A program made the position numbers and the translations under genes. A stretch of DNA of 64,000 bases, taken from the NCBI RefSeq assembly GCF_016705685.1, contig NZ_JADJLB010000003.1. One strand, given 5' to 3'. Under the pieces are notes generated by a model. That model was not told the origin of the DNA, searched no databases, and saw only the letters and a list, made by a program, of their open reading frames with translations. The stretch comes from Propionivibrio sp. (lineage in GTDB: Bacteria; Pseudomonadota; Gammaproteobacteria; Burkholderiales; Rhodocyclaceae). Positions within the stretch are counted from its first letter, which is position 1. Each line of letters begins with the position of its first letter. This document shows, in pieces, positions 50,423 through 60,280 of the stretch.

Positions 50423-51568
50423 ATGCGCGCAAGATCGTCAAGCACCATCGTCACCGACCCCTACCGTGCCGGCATTGCCTTGGGCGAGTCGCTGGCGTCG
50501 ATGCCCCCGGAGGTTGTCTTCCTTTTCTCTTCGATAGATTACTCGGTGCCTGAGTTGCTGGAGGGGCTGCATGACGCGCTGGATCGTGACGATGTCATTG
50601 TTGTTGGTAATAGCGGTAATGGATTCTATGAGACGACATTTTCTTCCGATCGTGGTGCGGCTGTCCTCGGCCTGAGTTCCGACGGGCAGGTGCGCTGGCG
50701 GCTGGCGTATGCCGAACGACTGCACGAGAATCTGGATGGCAAGCTGGAAGAACTGATGGCCAAGCTCTCGGCCGATGGGGAAACGCCCTGCCTGGGGTAC
50801 CTGGTGTCCGATTTCAGGGTCGATGCCAGCCGGGTCGAAGCCGTGCTGCGCGACAGCGTCGGTTTCCCTGTCGTCGGTGGCCTGGCCGCTGACGATTACT
50901 TGATGCAGAGCAGCTATATTTACGTCAATCGTGAAGTCCTCAGCGATGCGCTCGTCGTGCTGGCGGCCTGCGGCGATCTGCGTTTTTCGATCCGTGTCGG
51001 CAATTCGTTGCAGGCCATCGGCCGTAGCGGGCGGATCGATGCGATCGAGGGCACCCAGTTGCATCGCGTCGACGGCCTCACTGCCAAGGAGTTTATCGAA
51101 CGCGAGACCGGCAGGACTGTGTTGCAGACGGACCGCGGAACCCTTTCCTTGCTGGTTAACGATGCCGAGGTCTCCGAGGAAAAGTGCTTGCGCTCGATTA
51201 TTCCGGACTTGTTGGATACGGGAGGATCACTCGGTTTGTTTGGCGGCATTCCCAGAGGCCATTCGGTGCAAGTGTGTGTGGCCCGGCCGGAGGATATGGT
51301 GGCTGAGGTTCACGCCATTGCCGAAGCGGCAAGCGCTAGTGGAAAGGGCGCGGCGGCCGCGCTGGTGATCAGTTGTTCCGGTCGCAAGATATTGCTCGGC
51401 GAGCAAATCAAGCACGAGACCCGCGCGTTGACCGAGGCCTTTGCGCCGGATCTGCCCCTGGCCGGGTTCACGTCATTCGGCGAAATCGCCCCGTTGCGTC
51501 GGGCTGACGGGTACACCCGCAACCTGTTCCACAATATGACCTACGTGTTGCTGGTGATCGAGCGGTGA
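50423..51568 (+). CDS. FIST (FIST_N + FIST_C) sensory domain protein
   Basis: 381 aa. The overall pattern is typical of FIST proteins (N-terminal F..S....L..L; C-terminal ...SCSGRKILLGEQ...GFTSFGEIAP). The stop lies 5 nt before the next gene. Confidence 0.75.
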   Translation: MRARSSSTIVTDPYRAGIALGESLASMPPEVVFLFSSIDYSVPELLEGLHDALDRDDVIVVGNSGNGFYETTFSSDRGAAVLGLSSDGQVRWRLAYAERLHENLDGKLEELMAKLSADGETPCLGYLVSDFRVDASRVEAVLRDSVGFPVVGGLAADDYLMQSSYIYVNREVLSDALVVLAACGDLRFSIRVGNSLQAIGRSGRIDAIEGTQLHRVDGLTAKEFIERETGRTVLQTDRGTLSLLVNDAEVSEEKCLRSIIPDLLDTGGSLGLFGGIPRGHSVQVCVARPEDMVAEVHAIAEAASASGKGAAAALVISCSGRKILLGEQIKHETRALTEAFAPDLPLAGFTSFGEIAPLRRADGYTRNLFHNMTYVLLVIER

Positions 51569-51572
51569 ACAC

Positions 51573-54434
51573 GTGAGCATGCGTTATCTGAGCATGATCG
51601 GCGAACCGCCGGCAGGTTTTGTCGGGGGGGCCGTCGGCAAGCGCGAGTTGCTCTCCGGGACCGTGGTCTTGCTCGCGGCGGACTGTGAATCGGCCTATGC
51701 GTTGCTGCCAGACTTCCGGACCCGGGTCGAGGGCGTGGTGCTCACCTTTGGCAGCCCGGCGGCGGCGCGCGTTGGCCCACTGCTTTGGCATATCAGTCTT
51801 TCGCGCGAAGCACTCCTGCAGGGCGGAGAATTCCTGACCGTGGCGCTCGAAGCCATAGGTTTGGCCAGCGTGGCGGACGATCAGGCAAGACACGCGAAAC
51901 ATGCTGAAGAACGGTTGCGTTCCGACCACGAGGTGCGTCGTCGAGACTATCTGCGCGTCACCGAAGCGCTCCAGAATCAGGTGGGACTGGTGACTGCCAG
52001 CGAGCGCAAGCTCAGTGCCATTCTCGAAAGCGTCGATGCCTGTATCTACCTCAAGGACTGCAGGGGGCGCTACTTTTTCGCCAACCGCTCGGCGCGTGCC
52101 ATGTGGCAACTTGAAATGGAAGACATCGCCGGTCTTGGCGATGAGATGATCTTCGACGCGGAAACGGTCGCCATCATCAGGCGCAGTGACCGCCGGGTTC
52201 TCGAAGAGGGTGAAACAATCCGCTCGGAGGAAGCCATCGCGTTCTCCGGCAACGGGAAGACGGCTGTCTTTCAGACAACCAAGCTGCCGCTTCGTCGCGA
52301 GAGCGGCCAGATTTATGCCCTCTGCGGAATTTCGACTGACATTACAGATCGCAAGCAGGCCGAAGAAGAATTGCGCGCGAGCGAGGCCCGCCTCTTCACC
52401 ATCCTGGAGAACGTCGATGCCTGCATATACCTCAAAGATACGGAAGGAAGGTACTTGTTTGCCAACCGCGCAGTGCGGGAATTATGGCAAATCGAGGATA
52501 TGGCCGATATCGTCGGATTTGGTGATGAAAAATTCTTTGATGAATCCACGTCGATCAACATCCGGGGCAATGATAGCCGGGTGCTGGAAATCGGCGAAAC
52601 CGTAAGGACTGAAGAGACAAATACCGTTGCCTCTTCCGGAAAGATAGCGACCTATCATTCCACCAAGCTGCCGCTTCGCCGTCAGGACGGCAGCATATAT
52701 GCCTTATGCGGAATTTCGACTGACATCACCGCTATCAAGGAGCATGCCAGGCAACTCGAGCAACTCGCGCACTACGATGCGCTGACCACGCTACCCAACC
52801 GCACGCTTCTGGCCGATCGCTTGCAACAGGCCATGGTTCAAGCGCTGCGTCGTAGACAACCGCTGGCGGTAGCGTATCTTGACCTCGATGGCTTCAAAGC
52901 CATCAATGACAATCACGGACACGATGCCGGCGACCAGTTGTTGATCGCGCTGTCCCGCCGCATGAAAAACGCCCTGCGCGAGGGCGACACGCTGGCGCGC
53001 TTGGGTGGCGACGAGTTCGTCGCCGTATTGCTGGACCTGCCCGACGTGGCCGACAGCGTTCAGTTGCTGACGCGACTGCTCGAGGCGGCCGCCCAGCCGG
53101 AACAAGTTGGCGATCTGGTGTTGCAGATTTCGGCGAGCCTGGGCGTCACCACCTATCCGCAGGCCGAAGAAGTCGATGCGGAGCAATTGCTGCGCCAGGC
53201 GGATCAAGCCATGTATCAGGCCAAGCTGGCGGGCAAGAACCGTTTTCATATCTTCGATGCTGAGCAAGATCGCAATGCCCGCGGGCGCCATGAAAGCCTG
53301 GAGCACATTCGCCGTGCCCTGCTTGAACACGAATTCGTACTCCATTACCAGCCCAAGGTGAATATGCGTACGGGTCAGGTGATCGGCGCCGAAGCCCTCA
53401 TTCGCTGGCAGCATCCGGAACGAGGGTTACTGTCGCCGGCGGTATTCCTGCCGGTAATCGAAGATCACCCGCTGGCCGTTGCCGTCGGGGAATGGGTCAT
53501 CGATACGGCACTGACTCAGATGGAGCGTTGGCAGGTGGCAGGATGGCATGTCCCGGTTAGCGTCAATGTCGGCGCACGTCAGTTGCAACAGGCGGATTTC
53601 GTTGATCGGCTCGGCATCCTCTTGTCCGCCCATCCGGCAGTCCGTCCGGGCGATCTGGAAATGGAAGTGCTGGAAACCAGTGCGCTCGAAGACATCAAGC
53701 GCGTTTCCGATGTAATTGAATCCTGCCGGCAGATCGGGGTAAGTTTTGCTCTGGACGATTTCGGCACCGGCTACTCATCGCTGACTTACCTGAAGCGACT
53801 GGCGGTCGACCAGCTCAAGATCGACCAGAGCTTCGTTCGCGACATGCTCGATGATCCGGACGACCTGGCCATACTGCAGGCCGTGCTGGGTCTGGCCACT
53901 GCCTTTCGACGCCAGGTCATCGCCGAAGGGGTGGAAAGCGTGAATCACGGCACCATGTTGCTGCAGCTAGGCTGTGAGCTTGCCCAGGGCTACGGCATTG
54001 CCCGCCCCATGCCGGCCGCCGATTTCCCGGCCTGGATGGCCACCTGGCGTCCGGATACTGTCTGGAGCACCCTGCTTGCCGTAAGTGGCGACGATTTGCC
54101 CTTGATTTTTTCCGATGTTGAACACCGTGCCTGGATCATTGCCGTTGAGGCTTTCCTCAAGGGGGAACGCAAAGTTTTGCCCCTGGTACACCACCAGTGC
54201 CGCTTCAGTTCCTGGCTGGAGAATGGGGGCCAGGCAAGGCATGGCCAACAGGCTGCCTTCCACGCCGTCCAGAGCTTGCATCGCGAGCTGCACGCGCTCG
54301 CGGTCGATCTGTGCGAACTCCATGCCAGCGATCGAACGCTGCAAGCACTGACACGACTCGATGAACTCCATGCCTTGCGCGATGAATTCCTAGTGCAGTT
54401 GAAGGCGCTGGTTCGGGGCGTGCCACCGTCCTGA
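51573..54434 (+). CDS. PAS-PAS-GGDEF-EAL protein with C-terminal CZB (chemoreceptor zinc-binding) domain
   Basis: 953 aa. Two near-duplicate PAS modules (ILESVDACIYLKDCRGRYFFANR... / ILENVDACIYLKDTEGRYLFANR...). GGDEF: LGGDEFVAVLLD. EAL: GAEALIRW, DDFGTGYSSLTYL, KIDQSF. The C-terminal HRAW-x21-CRFSSW-x21-HRELH fits the CZB consensus. Start GTG 51573 or ATG 51579. Confidence 0.9.
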   Translation: MSMRYLSMIGEPPAGFVGGAVGKRELLSGTVVLLAADCESAYALLPDFRTRVEGVVLTFGSPAAARVGPLLWHISLSREALLQGGEFLTVALEAIGLASVADDQARHAKHAEERLRSDHEVRRRDYLRVTEALQNQVGLVTASERKLSAILESVDACIYLKDCRGRYFFANRSARAMWQLEMEDIAGLGDEMIFDAETVAIIRRSDRRVLEEGETIRSEEAIAFSGNGKTAVFQTTKLPLRRESGQIYALCGISTDITDRKQAEEELRASEARLFTILENVDACIYLKDTEGRYLFANRAVRELWQIEDMADIVGFGDEKFFDESTSINIRGNDSRVLEIGETVRTEETNTVASSGKIATYHSTKLPLRRQDGSIYALCGISTDITAIKEHARQLEQLAHYDALTTLPNRTLLADRLQQAMVQALRRRQPLAVAYLDLDGFKAINDNHGHDAGDQLLIALSRRMKNALREGDTLARLGGDEFVAVLLDLPDVADSVQLLTRLLEAAAQPEQVGDLVLQISASLGVTTYPQAEEVDAEQLLRQADQAMYQAKLAGKNRFHIFDAEQDRNARGRHESLEHIRRALLEHEFVLHYQPKVNMRTGQVIGAEALIRWQHPERGLLSPAVFLPVIEDHPLAVAVGEWVIDTALTQMERWQVAGWHVPVSVNVGARQLQQADFVDRLGILLSAHPAVRPGDLEMEVLETSALEDIKRVSDVIESCRQIGVSFALDDFGTGYSSLTYLKRLAVDQLKIDQSFVRDMLDDPDDLAILQAVLGLATAFRRQVIAEGVESVNHGTMLLQLGCELAQGYGIARPMPAADFPAWMATWRPDTVWSTLLAVSGDDLPLIFSDVEHRAWIIAVEAFLKGERKVLPLVHHQCRFSSWLENGGQARHGQQAAFHAVQSLHRELHALAVDLCELHASDRTLQALTRLDELHALRDEFLVQLKALVRGVPPS

Positions 54435-54596
54435 ATCCGCCGATCCTGTTCCCGAGCAGCGTGAATCGTAGCTTGAACAGGGTGCTTGGGGCCGGACTAA
54501 TGCGGTCGCGCGAGCAGTCAGGGGTTGCCAAGCCGAAAAGAAGCGGTGATAAAATCCGCCGATTGAATTCTCTGTCGCACGATCAAAGCAAACAAG

Positions 54597-56000
54597 ATGA
54601 CGCCCTTGAACCCAAACGCTCCCGGATTTATCGAAGGCAACCCGGTGGCGACGTTTATCCTTGACCAAGCACATCGGGTGGTTAGCTGGAACAGAGCCTG
54701 TGAGGTCCTGACCGGGATTCCTGCGTCGAGCCTGATCGGCACCACCGAACAGTGGCGCGCCTTCTATCCGTCCAAACGCCCCGTCATGGCCGACCTGATC
54801 CTCGACGGCCTTAACGAGGACGATTTGCGTTATTTCTACCAGGAAAAATTTCACCCCTCCACGCTGATTCCGGGCGCCTGCGAAGCGGAGGACTTCTTCC
54901 CAGATTTCGGCAATGGCGGCTGCTGGCTGTTTTTTACGGCGGCGCCGATTCGCGATGCCGAGGGGAACGTCATCGGTGCGATCGAAACGCTTCAGGATTT
55001 CACTGAAAGGCGCAAAGCCGAGGCGGCTCTCCGGGAAAGGGAAACCCTGCTGGCGCAAATCCTCCAGAGCACCTCCGTCGCCACCGTCGTTATCGACCAG
55101 GCGCATCAGATCACTCACTGGAACAAGGCGTGTGAAGCCCTGACCGGGCAGCAGGCGGAAAGCGCCATGGTCACTCGCGACCACTGGCGTCCGCCGAGCC
55201 CCGACGCCAGGCCCTTCCTGTCCGACCTGGTCCTGGAGGGGAAAATCGAAGACGATTTTCACCGCTATTTTTGCGGGGATCTGCGCCAGTCTTCGCTCAT
55301 TGAAGGCGCATTCGAAACCGAAGCGTACTGGAAGAATCTCAATGGGGAAGACAAGTGGCTGTATCTGACGGCGGCGCCGCTGATCAGCAGCGACGGCGAA
55401 CTCATCGGCGCCATCGAAACCATGCAGGACGTCACTGAACGCCGCTTGGCCGAGGAATCCTTGCGCCAGAGCGAGGAACGTTACCGCGAACTGAGTATCA
55501 CCGATGAATTGAGCAAGCTCTATAACACCCGTCATTTCAGCGTGATGGTCGGCAAGGAAATCGACCGGGCGGAACGCTATCGGCGGCCCCTGACGCTGCT
55601 CATTGCCGACGTGGATAATTTCAAAACGATCAACGATACCTACGGTCATGCCGAGGGCGACCGGGTCTTGATGGCCTTGTCCGAAGTTATCCGGACCTCC
55701 CTGCGGACGACGGACTCCGCCTACCGTTACGGCGGTGAGGAATTTGCCGTGCTGATGCCCGAAGTTGCGGTTCAGGATGGCGCCAGGCTGGCGGAGCGGG
55801 TGCGCACCCGGTTTGCCGAAAGGCTGTTCGAGATGCCAGGCCAGACCATCGTGCACGCAACCGTCAGCATTGGCGTAACGCAATTCCAGCCGGGAGACGA
55901 CACCAAGAGTTTCTTCTGTCGCGCCGATGACGGAATGTATCAAGCCAAACGCCGCGGCAAGGACCGCGTGGTGATCGTCGAACCGCCCAGCGGTCCGTAG
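54597..56000 (+). CDS. PAS-PAS-GGDEF diguanylate cyclase
   Basis: 467 aa. Two copies of a distinctive PAS subtype (WNRACEVLTG...QWRAFYPSKRPVMADLILDG...GAIETLQDFTERR, then WNKACEALTG...GAIETMQDVTERR), followed by GGDEF (RYGGEEFAVLMPE) with an intact RxxD-like I-site context. Confidence 0.9.
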   Translation: MTPLNPNAPGFIEGNPVATFILDQAHRVVSWNRACEVLTGIPASSLIGTTEQWRAFYPSKRPVMADLILDGLNEDDLRYFYQEKFHPSTLIPGACEAEDFFPDFGNGGCWLFFTAAPIRDAEGNVIGAIETLQDFTERRKAEAALRERETLLAQILQSTSVATVVIDQAHQITHWNKACEALTGQQAESAMVTRDHWRPPSPDARPFLSDLVLEGKIEDDFHRYFCGDLRQSSLIEGAFETEAYWKNLNGEDKWLYLTAAPLISSDGELIGAIETMQDVTERRLAEESLRQSEERYRELSITDELSKLYNTRHFSVMVGKEIDRAERYRRPLTLLIADVDNFKTINDTYGHAEGDRVLMALSEVIRTSLRTTDSAYRYGGEEFAVLMPEVAVQDGARLAERVRTRFAERLFEMPGQTIVHATVSIGVTQFQPGDDTKSFFCRADDGMYQAKRRGKDRVVIVEPPSGP

Positions 56001-56090
56001 CGGAGTTGATTGATCCTGTCTCTGCGCATGCCCCGATCCTGAGGGTGCTGTCCCCGCTGGCCCGTCCGGCGGAAAGCTTATAATGGCGCC

Positions 56091-58316
56091 ATGGTTTCCG
56101 TTGTTCATTCCGTCGCCGCACAAAGCGACTTAACACACTCCCTACAGACCTTATGTGATGGCCTGTCCCCTTCGGAGAAGGAGAAGCTTCGTCGCGCCGC
56201 CGAGTTTGCCCAGTCGGTCTACGCGGATCGCATTCTGGGCAGCGGCGAAGGCGTCTGGCAGCATGCTCTGGGAATGGCGCTCATTCTAGTCGGGCTGAAA
56301 CTCGATGCCGAAAGCCGTATTGCGGCCCTGCTTTTTGCTGTGCCCACTTACGACGAGCAGGGTATCGCGCAGGTCGATGAGCGCTTTGGCGCGGCCGTTG
56401 CACATCTGGTCGGTGGCGTATCCCGGCTGAATAGCTTGCGCCCGGTCGCCCGAGGTTTTGTTGCCTATTCCCTGGAAAACAAGGATCGCGACCCGATTGA
56501 ATTGCGCGCACAGATCGAAATCCTGCGCAAGATGCTGCTGGCCATGGTCGAGGATATCCGCGTCGTACTGCTCCGGCTGGCTTCGCGGACCCAGACCCTG
56601 CGCTACTATGCCACCGTACGCGATGATCTTCGGGTTCAGGTGGCACATGAGACGCTGGACCTTTACTCGCCTTTGGCCAATCGCCTGGGGGTGTGGGAGC
56701 TGAAGTGGGAATTGGAGGATCTTTCGTTCCGCTTTATCCATCCCGATCTTTATAAAAAAATAGCCGATCATCTCGATCAGACGCGTGTCGAGCGGGAACA
56801 ATTCATCACCGAGGCGGTGGCCAGTTTGACGCGCGAACTGGCGACGGTGGGCATCAAGGATGCGGAAATATACGGCCGGCCAAAGCATATCTACAGCATC
56901 TGGAACAAGATGCGAAAGAAGGGCGTCGAGTTTGCCGAAGTCTATGATGTGCGTGCGCTGCGGGTCATTGTCGATGACGTGAAGGACTGTTATACCGCCC
57001 TCGGTATCGTGCACAACATGTGGTCGCCGATACCGAAGGAATTCGATGATTACATTTCGCAACCCAAGGACAACGACTACCGTTCGCTGCATACCGCCGT
57101 CTATTGTCCCGATGGTCGCTCGCTCGAAGTGCAGATCCGTACGCGTGAAATGCACAAGAATTCGGAACTCGGTGTCGCAGCGCACTGGCGATACAAGGAA
57201 GGCAAAAAGAAATCATCCGACGGAAGTTATGACGACAAGATTGCCTGGTTGCGCCAGCTGTTGACCTGGAAGGACGAAGTCACCGATTCGTCGACGTGGG
57301 TGAAGCACTACAAGGATGCGGCGTTCGACGAGATGATTTACGTCATGACGCCACAGGGGCGCGTCGTCGATCTGCCACGCGGTTCGACGCCGGTCGACTT
57401 TGCCTATCGCGTTCATACCGACTTAGGCCATCGTTGCCGTGGAGCCAAGGTCAATGGCGTGATGGTCTCGCTCAATACACCGCTCGAAACCGGTCAGCAG
57501 GTGGAGATCATCGTCACCAAGCAGGGTGGGCCGTCGCGTGACTGGCTGAACTCGCTGCTCGGTTATCTCAATACCCAACGTGCGCGGGCCAAGGTGCGGC
57601 TGTGGTTTTCATCGCGCGCGCTTGAACAGACCCTGGCCGACGGACGGACCATCGTTAACCGAGAGCTGCAGCGCTTGGGAGCAACCGGCACCAAGATCGA
57701 CGAGCTTGCGACCAAGCTGGGATTCGCCAAGAGCGATGACCTGTTTATCGCCGTGGCACGTACCGAGCTCAACCTGCGCCAGTTGCAGACGGCGGTGCGG
57801 GGGAGCGACGCCCAGGAGGCGGATCGCCCGGCAAAGGCGGCGCCCGTCCGCAAGCGCAAGACCAGCGATACGAGTGAAAAAGGCATCCTGATCGTCGGCG
57901 TGGATAAACTGCTGACTCAGCTTGCCGACTGCTGCAAGCCGGCGCCGCCGGATCCGATTATCGGCTTTGTGACACGCGGCAAGGGCGTATCCATTCACCG
58001 AGCCAGTTGCTCCAATCTTGCCAACATGGTGGCGATGCACCCGGAGCGCGTGATCGAAACCGGATGGGGGAGCCACACCGAAGGCGTTTTTGCCGTCGAT
58101 ATCGTCGTCGATGCGCATGATCGTCAGGGCCTGTTGCGCGACGTTTCGGAAGTCATGACGCGCGAGAAGATGAATGTGGTCGCCGTCAGCACGCTATCGA
58201 AACAGGGAATGGCGCACATGAACTTCACCGCTGAAATCGACAACCTCGGCCAGCTCACGAGAACGCTGGCGCAACTGCAGGAAGTGAGTGGCGTCATCGA
58301 CGCGCGTCGCGCCTGA
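56091..58316 (+). CDS. relA: GTP pyrophosphokinase RelA ((p)ppGpp synthetase I)
   Basis: 741 aa. Synthetase motifs: PKHIYSIWNKMRKK, DVRALRVIV, YRSLHTAV, EVQIRTREMH. TGS and ACT domains are present. The N-terminal pseudo-hydrolase region lacks the HD dyad (AALLFAVP), which favours RelA over SpoT. Confidence 0.9.
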   Translation: MVSVVHSVAAQSDLTHSLQTLCDGLSPSEKEKLRRAAEFAQSVYADRILGSGEGVWQHALGMALILVGLKLDAESRIAALLFAVPTYDEQGIAQVDERFGAAVAHLVGGVSRLNSLRPVARGFVAYSLENKDRDPIELRAQIEILRKMLLAMVEDIRVVLLRLASRTQTLRYYATVRDDLRVQVAHETLDLYSPLANRLGVWELKWELEDLSFRFIHPDLYKKIADHLDQTRVEREQFITEAVASLTRELATVGIKDAEIYGRPKHIYSIWNKMRKKGVEFAEVYDVRALRVIVDDVKDCYTALGIVHNMWSPIPKEFDDYISQPKDNDYRSLHTAVYCPDGRSLEVQIRTREMHKNSELGVAAHWRYKEGKKKSSDGSYDDKIAWLRQLLTWKDEVTDSSTWVKHYKDAAFDEMIYVMTPQGRVVDLPRGSTPVDFAYRVHTDLGHRCRGAKVNGVMVSLNTPLETGQQVEIIVTKQGGPSRDWLNSLLGYLNTQRARAKVRLWFSSRALEQTLADGRTIVNRELQRLGATGTKIDELATKLGFAKSDDLFIAVARTELNLRQLQTAVRGSDAQEADRPAKAAPVRKRKTSDTSEKGILIVGVDKLLTQLADCCKPAPPDPIIGFVTRGKGVSIHRASCSNLANMVAMHPERVIETGWGSHTEGVFAVDIVVDAHDRQGLLRDVSEVMTREKMNVVAVSTLSKQGMAHMNFTAEIDNLGQLTRTLAQLQEVSGVIDARRA

Positions 58317-58329
58317 CCGCCGAAGATAA

Positions 58330-59097
58330 TCAGAGGGTTGCGCGCAACTCCTGCTCAGCAAACAGCGCGGCGCCGACAATACCGGCCTGGTTCAGAAAAC
58401 TGGCGGCAACCACCGGCGCTTTGGTCGTGATCAGTGGCGAGAATTTCCTCAACTCTTTGCTGACGCCGCCGCCCAGCACAACCAGATCGGGCCACAGCAG
58501 GCTTTCCATGGTGGTGAGGTAGTGATTCAGGCGCGGTCCCCATTCCTTCCATTTGAGTTTTTGGACAATCCGTACCGATTCGGAAGCGTAGCGCTCCGCC
58601 TCCATGCCATTGTCAAGGAATAGGTGACCGAGCTCCGTGTTGGGCAACAGGTGACCGTCGACGAAAACGGCGGTGCCGAGACCGGTGCCGATAGTGACGA
58701 TCAGAACGACTCCGTCGCGGCCTTTGCCGGCGCCGAATCGCATTTCGGCGAGGCCGGCGACGTCGGCGTCATTCGCCACCTGAACGGCACACCCGGTCTG
58801 CTCGGAAAAATACGTCGCCACCGGGAACCCGATAAACGAAGCGTCGATATTGGCGGCTGTACGGGCAACCCCTTTCTGGATGGCGGCAGGAAACCCCATG
58901 CCTATCGGTCCCGACGACCAGCGATGCTGATCCAGCACGGATTTCAAGGTCTTTCCGATGGCCGTGGGCGTGGCCGGTTTGGGTGTTGCCGTGCGGGATC
59001 GCTCGCTGAGCAGCGTGCCGGTCGCCGTATCGACGATGGCTGCCTTGATTCCCGTTCCGCCTACATCAATGCCCAGGATTTGCACGATAGACTCCAC
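58330..59097 (-). CDS. ppgK: ROK family polyphosphate glucokinase
   Basis: [17 protein letters not shown]...[22 protein letters not shown]. Small ROK kinase of the PpgK type, lacking the Zn Cys motif. Confidence 0.8.
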   Translation of the reverse strand: MESIVQILGIDVGGTGIKAAIVDTATGTLLSERSRTATPKPATPTAIGKTLKSVLDQHRWSSGPIGMGFPAAIQKGVARTAANIDASFIGFPVATYFSEQTGCAVQVANDADVAGLAEMRFGAGKGRDGVVLIVTIGTGLGTAVFVDGHLLPNTELGHLFLDNGMEAERYASESVRIVQKLKWKEWGPRLNHYLTTMESLLWPDLVVLGGGVSKELRKFSPLITTKAPVVAASFLNQAGIVGAALFAEQELRATL

Positions 59098-59301
59098 TCG
59101 AAATTATTCCGGGGCCAATGCTAGCCTATCTTGAGCGCATTGAGTGTTGAATGTGACAGGCGACGCGGTGAAAGCGGACCGCGGCGAAAGAAATTATTTC
59201 CGGCTGGCCATGCAAACAGACCCTGGCGAGCGGGGTATTGCGACTTTCGATGCAGGTTTCCTCACGCCTGCCCAACGTTCAGCCGGTACAAAGGCCCGCT
59301 G

Positions 59302-60261
59302 TCAGCCGATCTCAGCCCGAAGTTGGTCGATCATGCGTTCGCACTGGTGCCGGTAGCTGCTGCCAAAAAGATTGAGGTGGTTCAGCACGTGATAGAGCTG
59401 GTATAGCGTCTTGCGCTGTTCAGACCCGTCGGCCAGCGGCCAAGCCGCACGGTACGCGGCGTGAAAGCTGGCCGGGAAGCCACCGAACAGTTCACTCATC
59501 GCCAGATCGGTTTCACGATCGCCGTAATACACCGCCGGATCGAAGAGGGCGAGCCGGCCGGATTCGTCCACGCCGGCATTGCCGTGCCACAAATCGCCGT
59601 GCAACAGACTGATGACCGGCTGGTAGTCAACGAATAGCGCGGCGAGTCCTTCAAGCAGTCGTTCGCCGTCGGCGATGAACTTTCCTTTATGCCCATTCTG
59701 TTTGGCCAGCTCGAGTTGCGGCTGCAGCCGTTGTCGGGCAAAGAACTGCGGCCAGGTGCCTTGACGGGTGTTGAGTTGCGGTGTGCTGCCGATGAAATTG
59801 TCGCGGTGCCAACCAAAGGAGTCGCCTTCGATCCGATGCAGTTCGGCCAGTGCGCGGCCGGCGCTTTTCCCCGCGGTGTCGTTATCCAGCGCACGCAAAT
59901 TCAGGTGTTCGAGCAGGAGATAAGCTTGCCGGCCGCACACGCCATGCGCGACGACATGCGGTACGCGCAACGCCGAGCAGCGGCCCAGCGCACTCAAGCC
60001 ATCCGCTTCGGCGACAAACATGTCATGGCGATCGGCGCCATTGAGTTTGACGAACCAGCGCGTGCCGCCGGTTTGCACGATGACGGTACGCGAGATCGAA
60101 CCGCCGCCAACGGGTTGTGTGTGGTCGATCCGGCAGGGCGATCCGAGGAATTGGCTGATCGCCGAGGTCAAGGCTTCGCCGAGACGTTGGTCAAACGGGT
60201 GGTCGTCGAATTTCATGTCGATGGCATTCGAGTTGGCGAGACGATCCGCTCCGCCCGGCAA
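59302..60261 (-). CDS. fructosamine/ketosamine-3-kinase family protein
   Basis: LLHGDLWHGNAG and FDPAVYYGDRETDLAM motifs of the fructosamine kinase family. The start is uncertain (60261 or the Met 15 codons downstream). Confidence 0.8.
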   Translation of the reverse strand: MPGGADRLANSNAIDMKFDDHPFDQRLGEALTSAISQFLGSPCRIDHTQPVGGGSISRTVIVQTGGTRWFVKLNGADRHDMFVAEADGLSALGRCSALRVPHVVAHGVCGRQAYLLLEHLNLRALDNDTAGKSAGRALAELHRIEGDSFGWHRDNFIGSTPQLNTRQGTWPQFFARQRLQPQLELAKQNGHKGKFIADGERLLEGLAALFVDYQPVISLLHGDLWHGNAGVDESGRLALFDPAVYYGDRETDLAMSELFGGFPASFHAAYRAAWPLADGSEQRKTLYQLYHVLNHLNLFGSSYRHQCERMIDQLRAEIG

Positions 60262-60280
60262 GATAAATGCATGATCGCTA

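Noticed and set aside
54390-56123. 577-aa minus-strand ORF, the longest unannotated ORF in this region
   Set aside because: It is antisense to the PAS-PAS-GGDEF gene (54597..56000), which has clear domain motifs. The product is Arg/Gly/Pro-rich with no motifs, a typical shadow ORF in high-GC DNA.
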